Part shown: positions 61,416-64,000 of the stretch, piece after piece
How the letters are laid out: every line of letters begins with the position of its first letter
How positions within the stretch are numbered: the first letter of the stretch is position 1
Assembly (NCBI GenBank): GCA_037445065.1
Contig: JBBILD010000002.1
Location: 160,001 to 224,000 of the forward strand
Source: Myxococcales bacterium
GTDB lineage: Bacteria > Desulfobacterota > Binatia > HRBIN30
Reading direction: 5' to 3'
Length of the DNA: 64,000 bases
Program-made: the position numbers and the translations under genes
Notes under the pieces: generated by a model
The model's input: only the letters and a program-made list of their open reading frames with translations
Told to the model about the DNA's origin: nothing
Database searches by the model: none

Positions 61416-62554
61416 AGGACGTAGCGGTTCTTGGTGTGGGGATGTACCGCTTCGGCATGTGGGACGTGCCGAATGCGGTGATGGCCCGCGAAGCGGGTAT
61501 GGCGGCGCTGCGTGATGCGAATCTCTCGTTTCGCGATGTCCAGGCGGCGTACGTAGGCCACATTTTTGCTCCCGTGATGAGCGCTGTGCGGGTGATGAAG
61601 GAGTTTGGGCTTACAGGCCTTCCCGTCCAGCACGTGGAGAACGCCTCTGCCACTGGCTCGGCGGCGTTTCGGGAAGCGTGCTTGCAGGTAGCCTCTGGTG
61701 AGTACGACGTGGTGATGGTCTTAGGCTTCGACAAGATGACGACCATGATCCAGCAGTCGGCCCAGTCCACTTCCGCCGAGTACATGGAGGATGCCATCTT
61801 GCCCGCCGCTTTCTTCGCGTTGTGGGCCACTCGCCGCATGCACGAGCGGGGGATGAAAGCGGAGCACCTGGCGCGCATCGCCGCGAAGAACTGGAACAAC
61901 GGTGCCTTGAACCCGATGGCACAGCGCCAGCCTCGGGAGCGAACAACGGTGGAGCGAGTGCTCCAGTCGCGGATGGTGGCTTGGCCGCTGACCACGATGA
62001 TGTGCTGCCCCATGGGTGACGGCGCGGCCTGCGCGATCGTTGGAAGAGCAGACCTCGCAAAGAAGCTGAATCCGGGGCGCCCGGTTGTGAAGGTGGTGGC
62101 CTCCGCGCTGCAAACGGAAAAATACGCTCCCGGCCACCTATTCATTGGACCCGTGGTAGGACCCGCGCAAATGACCATCGACACTTCGCGCCAAGTGTAC
62201 GAAGAGGCGGGGTTGGGTCCCGAGGACTTGGACTTGGTGCAAGTCCACGATGCTTTCGCCATCGAAGAACTGGAATACTACGAGTTGCTGGGACTCTGCC
62301 GGCCCGGAGAAGCAGAAAAATGCATCGAGGAGGGGGACTTCGAGTTGGGTGGCAGGGTGCCGGTTTCGACCGATGGAGGGCTGATCGCTCGTGGCCACCC
62401 GGGCGGACCCACCGGGCTGGCTCAGATCTGGGAGACAACGCTGCAATTGCGCGGTGAGGCGGGCAAACGGCAAGTCGAGGGGGCTCGCGTCGGCTTGTGC
62501 CACATGATGGGCGGGGGCAGTGTGTGCGTGATCCACATCCTGCAGCGCGACTGA
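61412..62554 (+). CDS. SCP2-type thiolase family protein
   Basis: VENASATGS, CCPMGDGA, VHDAF, GHPGG; ATGA-coupled to DUF35. Confidence 0.9.
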   Translation: MKDVAVLGVGMYRFGMWDVPNAVMAREAGMAALRDANLSFRDVQAAYVGHIFAPVMSAVRVMKEFGLTGLPVQHVENASATGSAAFREACLQVASGEYDVVMVLGFDKMTTMIQQSAQSTSAEYMEDAILPAAFFALWATRRMHERGMKAEHLARIAAKNWNNGALNPMAQRQPRERTTVERVLQSRMVAWPLTTMMCCPMGDGAACAIVGRADLAKKLNPGRPVVKVVASALQTEKYAPGHLFIGPVVGPAQMTIDTSRQVYEEAGLGPEDLDLVQVHDAFAIEELEYYELLGLCRPGEAEKCIEEGDFELGGRVPVSTDGGLIARGHPGGPTGLAQIWETTLQLRGEAGKRQVEGARVGLCHMMGGGSVCVIHILQRD

Positions 62555-62563
62555 GCTCGGACG

Positions 62564-63391
62564 ATGCCGCCCTACTTTGGCGGAATTCCCCCCAAGACTC
62601 CCGCGAGCCGTGACGAAATCGCCGCGTTCCAGCGGCACCTGCCGCCAAAGCGCTGGCACGGCCTCGATCCGCCTCTCGTACGCTGCGGGGTGATTGGCCA
62701 AGGCGCCGGACTGGTAGTGGCCGCCTGGACAGCGGCTTCCCTCACGGAGGAAAAGAACGCCGGTGTGCAAATGTTCCGTTCTTTTGGCGTTGCCGCCACG
62801 ATGCGAGTCGTACAAACCCTGCCGGGGGCGCTTACGACGCCAGGGAGCCTCCTTGTCGGCGACGTGCTCGAGGAATTGGGTGCGCTCGATGCGCCCTTTG
62901 GTCCGGTGCGAAACGAGAAAGACCTTCAGGGTTTTTGGGATGCAGTCGCCTCACTGGGAGCAGAGGTTTTCGTAACCGACGAGAACAGCGGGCGGCGGCT
63001 GCTTACAGCAGCGACTCCAGCCGGTGCGACCGGCAACCTGAAAAAGTGGATTTGGGTGAGCGGCTCCCCGAGGTTCCGCCCTCCTCCCCTACCCCGCTGG
63101 GCTTCGATGGTCGAGTGCCACGTGTGGTTCACAGCTCCGGAGGCAGAGAGCTTTTTTGCGTTTCTCTGCCCACAGGGCCGTGTCCACCTGCGCCTGCCGG
63201 AACGGGTGCGCCTGGCGCAAGAAGGGCGCGCCCAAGCCACCTGCTCCGGTTTGATCGTCAACTGCAAGGAAACCGCCGGCTTTGACGTGCTGGTGCAATG
63301 GCCGGTACGCGGCATCACAGCCTGTGCGTGCGGGAAGAAGGGCGCGCTCGAATTGACGCAACCGCAGGAGAATGTATGGACCTACGACTGA
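62564..63391 (+). CDS. Hypothetical protein, degenerate phenylacetate-CoA ligase (PaaK)-like
   Basis: WTAASL...FGV...RVVQTLPG...LEELGA and C-terminal CACG resemble the PaaK core; operonic. Confidence 0.5.
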   Translation: MPPYFGGIPPKTPASRDEIAAFQRHLPPKRWHGLDPPLVRCGVIGQGAGLVVAAWTAASLTEEKNAGVQMFRSFGVAATMRVVQTLPGALTTPGSLLVGDVLEELGALDAPFGPVRNEKDLQGFWDAVASLGAEVFVTDENSGRRLLTAATPAGATGNLKKWIWVSGSPRFRPPPLPRWASMVECHVWFTAPEAESFFAFLCPQGRVHLRLPERVRLAQEGRAQATCSGLIVNCKETAGFDVLVQWPVRGITACACGKKGALELTQPQENVWTYD

Positions 63392-64000
63392 CTCCCGAGC
63401 AAGAACAGTTTCGCGCTTCCGTTCGGCGTTGGTTGAGAGAAAACCTGCCAGCGGGCTGGGGGACACCCGCGTACCAACCTCCTGCCACTGCCGAAGAGCA
63501 AGTGGCCTTTGCACGCTGGTGGCAACGAAAACTCTACGAAGGTGGTTGGGCAGGGCTGACCTGGCCGCGGGAGTATGGCGGAAGGGGCGCGTCGCTCGTC
63601 GAGCAACTCCTCTACAACGAAGAATACGCGCGTGCGGCGGCCCCCGACATTTTGTGCCTGAAGATCGGTTTGAGCTTGGTGGGTCCCACCCTGATCGCGT
63701 GCGGGAGCGAATGGCAAAAAGAGTTCTTCCTGCCAAGGATTCTGACGGGCGAACACATTTGGTGTCAGGGTTTTTCCGAACCGAATGCCGGATCGGATCT
63801 TGCAGCCGTGCGTACCCGCGCGGAGCGACAGGGAGACACCTTCCGCGTGACGGGGCAGAAGATTTGGACCAGCGTGGCTCGTTACGCGGATTTTTGCATG
63901 CTGGTTGCGCGCACCCGCTTCGATGGCCCGAAGCACCGAGGACTCACGTTTTTCCTTGTTGACATGAGGAGTCCGGGAATCACCGTACGCCCTCTTCGGG
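63376..64000 (+). CDS. Acyl-CoA dehydrogenase (3'-truncated by window edge; absent from ORF track)
   Basis: MDLRLTPEQEQFRASVRRWL, WPREYGGRG, WCQGFSEPNAGSDLA, GQKIWTS. Confidence 0.93.
   Translation, partial: MDLRLTPEQEQFRASVRRWLRENLPAGWGTPAYQPPATAEEQVAFARWWQRKLYEGGWAGLTWPREYGGRGASLVEQLLYNEEYARAAAPDILCLKIGLSLVGPTLIACGSEWQKEFFLPRILTGEHIWCQGFSEPNAGSDLAAVRTRAERQGDTFRVTGQKIWTSVARYADFCMLVARTRFDGPKHRGLTFFLVDMRSPGITVRPLR

Noticed and set aside
63372..63962. 196-aa ORF from the track
   Set aside because: Wrong frame; the true gene is the ACAD starting at 63376.

Overview
GC-rich bacterial chromosome segment. Gene content and a CxGDCNGD dockerin-like tail suggest a Ca. Binatia/deltaproteobacterial-type organism (inference only). 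Most of it is ordinary core genome: the end of a System I cytochrome c maturation operon (ccmF, ccmH, zinc-ribbon protein), a deoxyhypusine-synthase-like gene, patatin, acyl-CoA dehydrogenase, tRNA-Ala(CGC), nadB, dxr, dksA, a GAF histidine kinase opposite an ECF sigma/anti-sigma/DUF3106 triplet, infA, a tetrapyrrole operon (iscA-sirC-ccsA-hemA-hemC-cobA/hemD-hemB), a type II secretion cluster gspC-N, serS, gatCAB, a MoxR/VWA pair, a peptide ABC importer and an acyl-CoA catabolic cluster. One accessory patch (about 52.5-57.8 kb) holds an IS256 remnant and a decayed 4.4-kb secreted beta-propeller gene. The most striking observation is in the T2SS secretin GspD: a ~113-aa uncharged Gly/Phe insert with 12 FG dipeptides in the N3 loop, reminiscent of FG-nucleoporin sieves, plus an extra C-terminal domain, in a cluster with no pilotin. 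Other leads are a dif-like site, a lipoprotein with a C-terminal CxxCH, two Cys-less thiolase/DUF35 pairs, a degenerate PaaK-like protein and several structured intergenic regions. All calls come from motif recognition by eye; no searches were run, and refined start codons are estimates.
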